DNA of 34,474 nucleotides from a virus (taxonomy: Duplodnaviria > Heunggongvirae > Uroviricota > Caudoviricetes). Positions 8,653-17,944 of this stretch are shown one piece after another. Under the pieces are notes generated by a model. That model was not told the DNA's origin and searched no databases. It worked only from the letters and a program-made list of their open reading frames with translations. Within the stretch, counting starts at the first letter, position 1. Every line of letters starts with the position of its first letter. The stretch is taken from IMG/VR virus record IMGVR_UViG_3300000288_000150, one strand, 5' to 3'. The position numbers and the translations under genes are program-made.

Positions 8653-9757
8653 CGTCAGAAACCTTTTTGGCTTTAATTGTATTACCAATAAGTTTGACAT
8701 TTTGACTTAGGCGTCTTGCAACTTCCAATGCTTCAGGATTGTAATCAATGGTTGCAACAATTCCAGCCGCTTCAATTAATGCAGATTCAGCTTTATAAAG
8801 TAACGTCATGAAATCTTGTTTTAAGTCTTCAGTTAACTGATACGCAACCTTAAGGTCAGCCCCGTTTCTAAAGGACGTTAAAGCCTTGGGGTTATCAATA
8901 ACAGAAGATAATAGGCGTAAATTTCGGGACTCTCCAACCTTTGTTTTCCCGGAATCATCCTTTTTATAAAGCCATACTGTAAGTTCTCTGGTATTTTCTC
9001 TATTTATATGATGTGGGTGAATTATTACATCATTGGATGTAATATCACCATATTCGTCTTTTTCTGAAACGCCAACAAACAATCCAATTTTCTCGTCAGC
9101 TAAGGCTGTAGATAAAATTGAAAACTTGATCGATTCTTCATCTAATCCATCAATATCATAAAAGTTATTGCTCTCCATTACTTTATAAACGGCTAAAGCA
9201 TCTAGATTTCTCTTGATATGATCTTTTCTGCTACCGATTGCACGAGCAACCTGATGATATCGATCATTAGTCGGTGAGTTTGGGGAGGTGAGACCAAAAA
9301 GTTGCTCGATATAACGAGCCTTCGATAGAGGTTCCCATTGTTTGACACCAGTGATATGTCTGAAACCCAAATAAGGTAAAATTTCAGCTCTGGTATCTCT
9401 AACGATCACTGGTAATTTTTCTAGTGTACCTAGTTTATCTTTAGCGCTTTCGGCGATTTCTATCATCCGGGAGCTGGGTCTGTCGCACTCATATGGGTTA
9501 TGAATAAGTTTAACTGCCGTTAAGCGACGGTTGCCTTCCACAACGGTGTACTTATCTCCCTCTTTAACCGCAATAAGAGGCTCGCCAGGAAAAAATCCAT
9601 TTTCTGCGATTGCATTCATCAAGTCTTCAATAGAGGTTGTTAGAGCTATATGATTTAGCATTGCTTCTGGGGTACGTTCAACACCTTCAGGAAGACGTGG
9701 ATTTTTTGTATCAAGCTCAAGTTTATTGAGGTCGATGTAATCAAGGCTTTCTGTCAT
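8639..9757 (-). CDS. ParB/Srx-fold (ParB N-terminal-domain-like) protein, first gene of the two-gene cargo operon
   Basis: ORF 8639..9790 minus; likely ATG start at 9757 (MTESLDYIDL...). N-terminal region ...IDLNKLELDTKNPR... + ...GFFPGEPLIAVKEGDKYTVVEGNRRLTAVKL... matches the ParB-box pattern. AT-rich. Confidence 0.65.
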   Translation of the reverse strand: MTESLDYIDLNKLELDTKNPRLPEGVERTPEAMLNHIALTTSIEDLMNAIAENGFFPGEPLIAVKEGDKYTVVEGNRRLTAVKLIHNPYECDRPSSRMIEIAESAKDKLGTLEKLPVIVRDTRAEILPYLGFRHITGVKQWEPLSKARYIEQLFGLTSPNSPTNDRYHQVARAIGSRKDHIKRNLDALAVYKVMESNNFYDIDGLDEESIKFSILSTALADEKIGLFVGVSEKDEYGDITSNDVIIHPHHINRENTRELTVWLYKKDDSGKTKVGESRNLRLLSSVIDNPKALTSFRNGADLKVAYQLTEDLKQDFMTLLYKAESALIEAAGIVATIDYNPEALEVARRLSQNVKLIGNTIKAKKVSDDEDF

Positions 9758-9944
9758 AACTCTAATCTCATTAGATATGGTGATATGCAAAGATTAACAC
9801 TGGAGTTAAACGTAGGCTAGAACTGCAATTATGTGCATTAAAATGCATGCGTAAGTAACTCGCTAAAATGAAGCCATAAACTCACAGTGGTGCTATGAAT
9901 AATATGTTATGCAACTGCATTAAAACCGACCCATGAAGCGGGCG

Positions 9945-9963
9945 GGCGAGGCGGGGAAAGCAC
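9945..9963. other. cos site: candidate 19-nt cohesive-end sequence GGCGAGGCGGGGAAAGCAC
   Basis: Sequence matches the P2 cohesive-end sequence as I recall it, and lies where cos is expected (between the old/tin-position cargo and Q), in a GC-rich non-coding stretch. Confidence 0.55.
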
Positions 9964-10102
9964 TGCGCGCTGGCGGTGGTGCGGATTTTATTTTTTCAGC
10001 GTCTGAGCGTGTCGTGACGGCGTTTAGATTGTGCGCCGGGGCATTGGTGTGTCTGCGGGGTGTTTTGTGCGGTGGTGAGCGTGTGAGGGCGTGATGACGG
10101 GA

Positions 10103-10127
10103 TATAAAAAAGCCGCCCGCAGGCGGC
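10103..10127 (-). terminator. Rho-independent terminator downstream of portal gene Q (minus strand)
   Basis: GCCGCC-CGCA-GGCGGC hairpin followed on the minus strand by a T6 tract, directly after the Q stop codon. Confidence 0.55.
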
Positions 10128-10132
10128 GATGT

Positions 10133-11167
10133 TCAGCCGTTGTCAGTGTCCAGTGAGTAGTTTTTAAAGCGGATGACCTCCTGACCGATCCAGCCGTTTA
10201 TCTCGCGGATCCTATCCTGTAACGGGATAAGCTCATTGCGGACAAAGACCTTTGCCACTTTCTCAATATCGCCCAGTGACCCGACGTTCTCCGGCTTGCC
10301 GCCCATCAACTGAAAGGGGATGCGGTGCGCGTCCAGCAGGTCAGCGGCGCTGGCTTTTTTGATATTAAAAAAATCGTCCTTCGTTGCCACTTCACTGAGC
10401 GGGATAATTTTGATGCCGTCGGCTTTCCCCTGTGGGGCATAGAGAAACAGATTTTTAAAGTTGTTGCGGCCTTTCGACTTCACCATGTTTTCGCGGAGCA
10501 TTTCGATATCGTTGCGATCCTGCACGGCATCAGTGACGTACATGATATATCCGGCATGAGCGCCGTTTTCGTAATACTTGCGGCGGAACAGCGTGGCCGA
10601 CTCATTCAGCCAGGCAGAGTTAAGGGCGCTGAGATATTCCGGCAGGCCGTACAGCTCCTGATTAATATCCGGCTCCAGCAGATGAAACACGGAGCCGGGC
10701 GCGAAGGCTGTCGGCTCGTTGAAGGACGGCACCCACCAGTAAACATCCTCTTCCACGCCACGACGGGTATATTTCGCCGGTGAGGTTTCCAGTCTGATGA
10801 CCTTACCGGTGGTGCTGTAGCGCTTTTCCAGAAACGCATTACCGAACACCAGAAAATCCAGCACAAAGCGGCTGAAATCCTGCTGGGAAAGCCACGGGTG
10901 CGGGATAAACGTTGAAGCCAGAATATTACGTTTGACGTAAATCGGTGAGCTGTGATGCACGGCAGCACGCAGACTTTTTGCCAGACCGGTAAAGCTGACC
11001 GGCGGCTCATACCATCTGCCGTTACTGATGCATTCGACGTAATCCAGAATGTCACGGCGGTCGAGTACCGGCACCGGCTCGCCAAAGGTGAATGCCTCCA
11101 TTTTCGGGGCGCTGGCGGTCATTGTTTTTGCCGCAGGTTGCGGTGTTTTCCCTTTTTTCTTGCTCAT
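10133..11167 (-). CDS. Q: Portal protein (P2 gpQ)
   Basis: 344 aa from the ATG at 11167 (MSKKKGKTP...), matching P2 Q length. The ORF-track extension to 11293 runs through an N-run and is an artefact. Confidence 0.9.
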   Translation of the reverse strand: MSKKKGKTPQPAAKTMTASAPKMEAFTFGEPVPVLDRRDILDYVECISNGRWYEPPVSFTGLAKSLRAAVHHSSPIYVKRNILASTFIPHPWLSQQDFSRFVLDFLVFGNAFLEKRYSTTGKVIRLETSPAKYTRRGVEEDVYWWVPSFNEPTAFAPGSVFHLLEPDINQELYGLPEYLSALNSAWLNESATLFRRKYYENGAHAGYIMYVTDAVQDRNDIEMLRENMVKSKGRNNFKNLFLYAPQGKADGIKIIPLSEVATKDDFFNIKKASAADLLDAHRIPFQLMGGKPENVGSLGDIEKVAKVFVRNELIPLQDRIREINGWIGQEVIRFKNYSLDTDNG

Positions 11168-11183
11168 CAGTAAAACTCCAGAA

Positions 11184-11262
11184 NNNNNNNNNNNNNNNNN
11201 NNNNNNNNNNNNNNNNNNNNNNNNNNNNNNNNNNNNNNNNNNNNNNNNNNNNNNNNNNNNNN
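11184..11262. other. Run of N (assembly gap or masked segment) at the P/Q junction
   Basis: 79 consecutive N. Confidence 1.
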
Positions 11263-13004
11263 GGGGTGCTGATACCGGCGGTGAGTGGCTCATTTAACAG
11301 GGCGTGCATGGTCGCCCAGGCGAGGTCGGCGTGGCTGGCTTCCTCGCTGCGGCTGGCCTCATAGGTGGCGCTGCGTCCGCTGCTGGTCATGGTCTTGCGG
11401 ATAGCCATAAACGAGCTGGTGATGTCGGTGGCGCTGACGTCATATTCCAGACAGCCACGGCGGATAACGTCTTTTGCCTTGAGCACCATTGCGGTTTTCA
11501 TTTCCGGTGTGTAGCGGATATCGCGCGCGGCAGGATAGAACGAGCGCACGAGCTGGAACACGCCGACACCGAGGCCGGTGGCATCAATACCGATGTATTC
11601 GACGTTATATTTTTCGGTGAGTTTGCGGATGGATTCAGCCTGGGTGGCAAAGTCCATGCCTTTCCACTGGTGACGCTCAAGTATTCTGAATTTGCCACCG
11701 GCCACCACCGGCGGTGCCAGTACCACGCATCCGGCACTGTCGCCACGGTGTGACGGGTCGTAACCAATCCATACCGGGCGGGAGCCGAACGGATTGGCGG
11801 CAAAGGGTGCATAGTCTTCCCATTCTTCCAGCGTGTCGACCATGCAGCGTTGCAGCTCCTCGAACGGGAACACCGATGCCTTGTCGTCAACAAATTCACA
11901 CATGAACAGGTTTTTAAAATCGTCGGCGCTGTTTTCGCGTTTGAGCTGCTCAATGTCGAACAGCGTGCAGCCGCCTTTCAGGGCGTCCTCAATGGTGACA
12001 ATCTGCCGCCACTGGCCGTCCGCACAGAGAAGACCTCCGGCAAGGGCGTTATGACTGACGTCGATTTCCACGCGTTCGGCGGCGCTGGCGCGTCCCCGGT
12101 TGAACAGTTCACCCGACCAGAACGGGTAGGCGTCGTGCGCCAGCGTGGACGGGGTGGAGAAATAGGTCGAGCGCAGGTGGCTCTGTGAGGCCATACCTGA
12201 TGCCACCTTACGCAGTACCTGAAAATTCGGGATCCAGAAAATCTCGTCGACGTACAGGTCGCCGTTATGGCTCTGTGCGGTGTTGGAGTTGGTGCCGAGA
12301 AAAATCAGTTTTGCGCCGTTATTGCCCAGGACAATCGGGTCACCGGTCAGGTCAACGTCAACCAGACGGGCAAAGGCGATGATGTATTCGCGGAACACAT
12401 ACGCCTGCGTTTTACTGGCCGACAGAAAAATCTGGTTATGACCGGTTTTCAGGGCACGCAGCAGCGCCTCGCGGGAAAAATAAAACGTCGCGCCAATCTG
12501 GCGGGATTTCAGGATATCTCGGATGCGGTGCTCAAGCCCGGCGCGATACCAGTGCAACTGATATTCGAAAGACTGCTCAAAGAAAATCTGCTCCAGCTTT
12601 TCGATGGCCTCGTCACTGAAAAAATTCTTTTTCGGTTTGCGACGCCCGCCTTTGTTGCGGTTAGCGACGTTCGGATTAAGGTCTGCCTCGTTGCCGGTCT
12701 GACTGTAGCGGTTGACCCGTGCCAGTCGTTCAATCTGGCGTCCCAGCAGGTCAATTTCCTTGAAGTCACCGCCGGTTTTCTGCGGTTTGATGATGAGCTG
12801 GGTCAGCCGCGCTTCCAGACTCATTTCGACACGGCTGATGGGGGCAACGCTGTCCCAGCCGTCGCGCTGTTTCCAGCTCTGCACCGTCGGGCGTTTCATC
12901 TGCAACATGGCGGCAATCTGCGGCACGGAAAACCCCTGCCAGTACAGCAGCGCCGCCTGACGACGCGGGTCGTGTAAAAGAGTGGTGTCTGTGGTGATGG
13001 TCAT
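11263..13004 (-). CDS. P: Terminase large subunit (ATPase, P2 gpP); 3' end lies inside the N-run
   Basis: Start at ATG 13004 (MTITTDTTLL..., RBS GAGGT). C-terminus falls in the N-run 11184-11262, so the true stop is not visible. Confidence 0.85.
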
Positions 13005-13177
13005 GAATACCTCGCCGTGATGAATACACGGCAAGGCTACTGAGTCGCGCCCCGCGATTCGCTAAGGTGCTGTTGTGTCAGTGATAAGCCATCCGGGACT
13101 GATGGCGGAGGATGCGCATCGTCGGGAAACTGATGCCGACATGTGACTCCTCTAATCACTATTCAGGACTCCTGACA

Positions 13178-14032
13178 ATGGCAAAAAAAGTCTCAAAATT
13201 CTTTCGTATCGGCGTTGAGGGTGACACCTGTGACGGGCGTGTCATCAGTGCGCAGGATATTCAGGAAATGGCCGAAACCTTTGACCCGCGTGTCTATGGT
13301 TGCCGCATTAACCTGGAACATCTGCGCGGCATCCTGCCTGACGGTATTTTTAAGCGTTATGGCGATGTGACCGAACTGAAGGCCGAAAAGATTGACGATG
13401 ATTCGGCGCTGAAAGGCAAATGGGCGCTGTTTGCGAAAATCACCCCGACCGATGACCTTATCGCGATGAACAAGGCCGCGCAGAAGGTCTACACCTCAAT
13501 GGAAATTCAGCCGAACTTTGCCAACACCGGCAAATGTTATCTGGTGGGGCTGGCCGTCACCGATGACCCGGCAAGCCTCGGCACGGAATACCTGGAATTC
13601 TGCCGCACGGCAAAACACAACCCCCTGAACCGCTTCAAATTAAGCCCTGAAAACCTGATTTCAGTGGCAACGCCCGTTGAGCTGGAATTTGAAGACCTGC
13701 CTGAAACCGTGTTCACCGCCCTGACCGAAAAGGTGAAATCCATTTTTGGCCGCAAACAGGCCAGCGATGACGCCCGTCTGAATGACGTGCATGAAGCGGT
13801 GACCGCTGTTGCTGAACATGTGCAGGAAAAACTGAGCGCCACTGAGCAGCGCCTCGCTGAGATGGAAACCGCCTTTTCCGCACTTAAGCAGGAGGTGACT
13901 GACAGGGCGGATGAAACCAGCCAGGCATTCACCCGCCTGAAAAACAGCCTCGACCACACCGAAAGTCTGACCCAGCAGCGCCGCAGCAAGGCCACCGGCG
14001 GTGGCGGTGACGCCCTGATGACGAACTGCTGA
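13178..14032 (+). CDS. O: Capsid scaffolding protein (P2 gpO)
   Basis: 284 aa from the internal ATG (MAKKVSKFF...); divergent from P; coiled-coil C-terminal half. Confidence 0.9.
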   Translation: MAKKVSKFFRIGVEGDTCDGRVISAQDIQEMAETFDPRVYGCRINLEHLRGILPDGIFKRYGDVTELKAEKIDDDSALKGKWALFAKITPTDDLIAMNKAAQKVYTSMEIQPNFANTGKCYLVGLAVTDDPASLGTEYLEFCRTAKHNPLNRFKLSPENLISVATPVELEFEDLPETVFTALTEKVKSIFGRKQASDDARLNDVHEAVTAVAEHVQEKLSATEQRLAEMETAFSALKQEVTDRADETSQAFTRLKNSLDHTESLTQQRRSKATGGGGDALMTNC

Positions 14033-14090
14033 CCGGCGTCAGTCAGTCCGGAAAAACCTTCACGATTAACCCTTAATTTCAGGAAAAACT

Positions 14091-15164
14091 ATGCGCCAGG
14101 AAACCCGCTTTAAATTTAATGCCTACCTGTCCCGTGTTGCCGAACTGAACGGCATCGACGCCGGTGATGTGTCGAAAAAATTCACCGTTGAACCGTCGGT
14201 CACCCAGACCCTGATGAACACCATGCAGGAGTCCTCTGATTTCCTGACCCGCATCAACATTGTGCCGGTCAGCGAAATGAAAGGGGAAAAAATTGGCATC
14301 GGTGTCACCGGCTCCATCGCCAGCACCACCGACACCGCCGGTGGCACCGAGCGTCAGCCGAAGGACTTCTCGAAGCTGGCGTCAAACAAGTACGAATGCG
14401 ACCAGATTAACTTCGATTTTTATATCCGCTACAAAACGCTTGACCTGTGGGCGCGTTATCAGGATTTCCAGCTCCGTGTCCGTAACGCCATTATCAAACG
14501 CCAGTCCCTTGATTTCATCATGGCCGGTTTTAACGGCGTGAAGCGTGCCGAAACCTCTGACCGCAGCAGCAATCCGATGCTGCAGGATGTGGCGGTCGGC
14601 TGGCTGCAGAAATACCGCAATGAAGCCCCGGCGCGCGTGATGAGCAAGGTCACTGACGAGGAAGGGCACACCACCTCTGAGGTCATCCGCGTGGGTAAGG
14701 GCGGTGATTATGCCAGCCTCGATGCACTGGTGATGGATGCGACCAACAACCTGATTGAGCCGTGGTATCAGGAAGACCCTGACCTTGTGGTGATTGTGGG
14801 GCGTCAGCTGCTGGCGGACAAATATTTCCCCATCGTCAACAAGGAGCAGGACAACAGCGAAATGCTGGCCGCTGACGTCATCATCAGCCAGAAACGCATC
14901 GGTAACCTGCCGGCGGTACGCGTCCCGTACTTCCCGGCGGATGCGATGCTCATCACGAAGCTGGAAAACCTGTCCATCTACTACATGGATGACAGCCATC
15001 GCCGCGTGATTGAGGAAAACCCGAAACTCGACCGCGTGGAGAACTACGAGTCAATGAACATTGATTACGTGGTGGAAGACTACGCCGCCGGTTGTCTGGT
15101 GGAAAAAATTAAGGTCGGTGATTTCTCCACACCGGCTAAGGCGACCGAAGAGCCGGGAGCGTAA
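14091..15164 (+). CDS. N: Major capsid protein (P2 gpN)
   Basis: 357 aa, same length as P2 N; follows O. Confidence 0.9.
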   Translation: MRQETRFKFNAYLSRVAELNGIDAGDVSKKFTVEPSVTQTLMNTMQESSDFLTRINIVPVSEMKGEKIGIGVTGSIASTTDTAGGTERQPKDFSKLASNKYECDQINFDFYIRYKTLDLWARYQDFQLRVRNAIIKRQSLDFIMAGFNGVKRAETSDRSSNPMLQDVAVGWLQKYRNEAPARVMSKVTDEEGHTTSEVIRVGKGGDYASLDALVMDATNNLIEPWYQEDPDLVVIVGRQLLADKYFPIVNKEQDNSEMLAADVIISQKRIGNLPAVRVPYFPADAMLITKLENLSIYYMDDSHRRVIEENPKLDRVENYESMNIDYVVEDYAAGCLVEKIKVGDFSTPAKATEEPGA

Positions 15165-15167
15165 CCG

Positions 15168-15911
15168 ATGACGAGTCCCGCACAGCGCCACATGATGCGG
15201 GTCTCGGCAGCGATGACCGCGCAGCGGGAAGCCGCCCCGCTGCGACATGCAACTGTCTATGAGCAGATGCTGGTTAAGCTCGCCGCAGACCAGCGCACAC
15301 TGAAAGCGATTTATTCAAAAGAGCTTAAGGCCGCGAAAAAACGCGAACTGCTGCCGTTCTGGTTGCCGTGGGTGAACGGCGTGCTGGAGCAGGGCAAAGG
15401 TGCACAGGATGACATTCTGATGACGGTCATGCTGTGGCGTCTGGATACCGGCGATATTGCCGGTGCGCTGGAGATTGCCCGTTATGCCCTGAAGTACGGT
15501 CTGACCATGCCGGGTAAACACCGCCGCACCCCGCCGTACATGTTCACCGAGGAGGTGGCGCTTGCGGCCATGCGCGCTCACGCTGCCGGTGAGTCTGTGA
15601 ATCCCCGCCTGCTGACGGACACCCTTGAACTGACCGCCACGGCTGACATGCCTGATGAAGTGCGCGCAAAGCTGCACAAAATCACCGGTCTGTTTCTGCG
15701 TGACGCTGGTGATGCCGCAGGGGCGCTGGCGCACCTGCAACGTGCGACACAGCTCGACTGTCAGGCAGGCGTCAAAAAAGAGATTGAACGACTGGAGCGG
15801 GAGCTGAAACCGAAGCCGGAGCCGCAGCCAAAAGCGGTCACCCGCGCCCCGCGTAAGACCCGGAGCGTGACACCGGCAAAACGTGGACGCCCGAAAAAGA
15901 AAGCCAGTTAA
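15168..15911 (+). CDS. M: Terminase small (endonuclease) subunit (P2 gpM)
   Basis: 247 aa, same as P2 M; basic Pro/Lys-rich C-terminal tail. Confidence 0.85.
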   Translation: MTSPAQRHMMRVSAAMTAQREAAPLRHATVYEQMLVKLAADQRTLKAIYSKELKAAKKRELLPFWLPWVNGVLEQGKGAQDDILMTVMLWRLDTGDIAGALEIARYALKYGLTMPGKHRRTPPYMFTEEVALAAMRAHAAGESVNPRLLTDTLELTATADMPDEVRAKLHKITGLFLRDAGDAAGALAHLQRATQLDCQAGVKKEIERLERELKPKPEPQPKAVTRAPRKTRSVTPAKRGRPKKKAS

Positions 15912-16010
15912 CAACCGAATGCGCCCCGCGCCAGGGCGGCACGCCGGTCAGTGAGGGTGAATCACCTGACACTGCACCGGCGTCCACCGCCCGACTTTTC
16001 AGAGGTAGTC

Positions 16011-16520
16011 ATGATGACGCTGATTATTCCGCGAAAGGAGGCTCCCGTGTCCGGTGAGGGGACGGTGGTCATCCCGCAACCGGCAGGCGACGAGCCGGTG
16101 ATTAAAAACACGTTCTTTTTTCCCGATATCGACCCGAAGCGCGTCCGGGAACGTATGCGCCTTGAGCAGACCGTCGCCCCCGCCCGTCTGCGTGAGGCCA
16201 TCAAGTCAGGCATGGCGGAGACGAATGCGGAGCTGTACGAATACCGCGAACAGAAAATTGCCGCCGGTTTTACGTGTCTGGCGGACGTTCCGGCGGACGA
16301 CATCGACGGTGAAAGCATCAAAGTTTTTTACTACGAGCGCGCCGTGTGTGCGATGGCGACCGCATCGCTTTATGAGCGTTATCGCGGCGTGGATGCCAGT
16401 GCGAAAGGCGACAAGAAGGCTGACAGCATTGACAGCACCATTGATGAGCTGTGGCGGGATATGCGCTGGGCGGTGGCGCGCATCCAGGACAAGCCGCGCT
16501 GCATCGTGAGTCAAATCTGA
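16011..16520 (+). CDS. L: Head completion/stabilisation protein (P2 gpL)
   Basis: 169 aa from the internal ATG (MMTLIIPRKE..., RBS AGAGG). Confidence 0.85.
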   Translation: MMTLIIPRKEAPVSGEGTVVIPQPAGDEPVIKNTFFFPDIDPKRVRERMRLEQTVAPARLREAIKSGMAETNAELYEYREQKIAAGFTCLADVPADDIDGESIKVFYYERAVCAMATASLYERYRGVDASAKGDKKADSIDSTIDELWRDMRWAVARIQDKPRCIVSQI

Positions 16521-16722
16521 TGAAGACCTTTGCGCTACGGGCGACACGCTCGACGCCATTTGTGTCCGGTATTACGGGCGCACTGAGGGCGTGGTTGAGA
16601 CCGTGCTCGCCGCAAATCCGGGACTGGCTGAACTGGGTGTGGTGCTGCCACACGGCACCGCCGTCGAACTGCCCGATGTTCAGACCGCGCCCGTGGCTGA
16701 AACTGTCAATCTGTGGGAGTAA
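16520..16722 (+). pseudogene. X: Tail protein X (LysM-like), apparently frameshifted after codon ~6
   Basis: The ATG at 16520 (TGATG coupling with L) opens MKTFAL, then the frame departs into an Arg/Trp/Cys-rich product. The adjacent frame reads ...GDTLDAICVRYYGRTEGVVETVLAANPGLAELGVVLPHGTAVELPDVQTAPVAETVNLWE-stop, which is the gpX-like sequence and has no start of its own. Confidence 0.45.
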
Positions 16723-16725
16723 CGC

Positions 16726-17007
16726 ATGACAGCAGAAGAAAAAAGCGTCCTGTCGCTTTTCATGATTGGGGTGCTGATTGTTGTCGGCAAGGTGCTTGCC
16801 GGTGGTGAACCCATCACCCCGCGTCTGTTTATCGGGCGCATGTTGCTCGGTGGTTTTGTCTCGATGGTTGCCGGTGTTGTTCTGGTGCAGTTTCCTGACC
16901 TGTCACTGCCTGCGGTGTGCGGCATCGGCTCCATGCTGGGTATCGCCGGTTATCAGGTGATTGAGATTGCCATTCAGCGCCGCTTTAAGGGCAGGGGGAA
17001 ACCGTAA
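16726..17007 (+). CDS. Y: Holin (P2 gpY)
   Basis: 93 aa, hydrophobic membrane-spanning segments, immediately before the endolysin. Confidence 0.8.
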   Translation: MTAEEKSVLSLFMIGVLIVVGKVLAGGEPITPRLFIGRMLLGGFVSMVAGVVLVQFPDLSLPAVCGIGSMLGIAGYQVIEIAIQRRFKGRGKP

Positions 17008-17504
17008 TGCCGGTAATTAACACGCATCAGAATATCGCCGCCTTTCTCGACATGCTGGCAGTGTCCGAAGGGACGGCGAATCATCCGCTGACGAAAAACC
17101 GGGGCTATGACGTGATAGTCACCGGACTGGACGGGAAGCCGGAAATTTTCACCGACTACAGTGACCACCCGTTCGCGCATGGCCGACCGGCGAAGGTGTT
17201 TAACCGTCGCGGTGAAAAATCCACGGCCTCCGGTCGCTATCAGCAGCTTTACCTGTTCTGGCCGCATTACCGCAAACAGCTTGCCCTGCCGGATTTCAGT
17301 CCGTTGTCACAGGACAGGCTCGCCATTCAGTTGATCCGCGAACGCGGTGCGCTGGATGACATCCGGGCGGGACGCATTGAGCGTGCCATTTCACGCTGTC
17401 GCAATATCTGGGCGTCCCTGCCGGGTGCCGGTTACGGTCAGCGTGAGCATTCACTGGAAAAACTGGTCACCGTCTGGCGTACCGCTGGCGGCGTACCGGC
17501 TTAA
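17007..17504 (+). CDS. K: Endolysin / lysozyme (P2 gpK)
   Basis: 165 aa, same as P2 K; ATGA-type overlap with Y. Confidence 0.85.
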   Translation: MPVINTHQNIAAFLDMLAVSEGTANHPLTKNRGYDVIVTGLDGKPEIFTDYSDHPFAHGRPAKVFNRRGEKSTASGRYQQLYLFWPHYRKQLALPDFSPLSQDRLAIQLIRERGALDDIRAGRIERAISRCRNIWASLPGAGYGQREHSLEKLVTVWRTAGGVPA

Positions 17505-17518
17505 ACGGAGTAAACACC

Positions 17519-17944
17519 ATGAAGAAATTATCCCTTTCACTGATGCTGAACGTGTCGCTGGCGCTGATGCCGGCACTGTCCCTGATTTACCCGCAGAGCG
17601 TGGCCGTCAGTTTTGTCGCCACCTGGGCGATTCTGGCGATGGTTATCTGTGTGGTTGCCGGTGGTGTCGGCGTGTATGCCACTGAGTATGTGCTGGAACG
17701 CTACGGGCGGGAGCTGCCGCCGGAATCGCTGGCCGTGAAGATTGTCACGTCGCTGTTTTTGCAGCCGGTGCCGTGGCGCAGACGGGCGGCGGCTCTGATG
17801 GTGATGGTGGCGACGTTTATCTCGCTGGTCGCTGCCGGGTGGATTTTTACCGCGCTGATTTATCTCGTGGCGTCGCTGTTCTTCCGGCTGATATGTACGG
17901 CCTGCCGTCAGCGTCTTGAGGAGCGGGAACCATGTCAAAGCTGA
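17519..17944 (+). CDS. lysA: Lysis accessory membrane protein LysA
   Basis: 141 aa, multiple hydrophobic helices; position after K. Confidence 0.7.
   Translation: MKKLSLSLMLNVSLALMPALSLIYPQSVAVSFVATWAILAMVICVVAGGVGVYATEYVLERYGRELPPESLAVKIVTSLFLQPVPWRRRAAALMVMVATFISLVAAGWIFTALIYLVASLFFRLICTACRQRLEEREPCQS

Noticed and set aside
10325-10783. Plus-strand ORF (152 aa) inside the portal gene region
   Set aside because: Lies entirely antisense within the well-supported portal gene Q in GC-rich DNA; low-complexity Arg/Gly-rich translation typical of shadow ORFs.
11052-13034. 660-aa ORF taken at face value as the terminase (and 386-aa version of the portal ORF)
   Set aside because: Both run through the N-run 11184-11262, producing poly-X segments and fusing unrelated downstream sequence; true gene ends are P start at 13004 and Q start at 11167.
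13035-13177. Attempt to locate TGT-N12-ACA late-promoter dyads for the divergent P and O promoters (and the V promoter at 19444-19509)
   Set aside because: Only imperfect matches (e.g. TGT-N12-ACC) were found by eye; not confident enough to annotate.
14382-14999. Minus-strand ORF (205 aa) overlapping the major capsid gene
   Set aside because: Antisense to the conserved capsid gene N; composition typical of GC-rich shadow frames. The same applies to other antisense ORFs inside L, J/I, FI and T (e.g. 16206-16559, 21076-21687, 26897-27583, 30349-31038).
16451-16729. 92-aa ORF as a genuine gene
   Set aside because: Its N-terminal 23 codons overlap the 3' end of L, and after the real ATG (16520) the frame gives an implausible product; better explained as frameshifted gene X.
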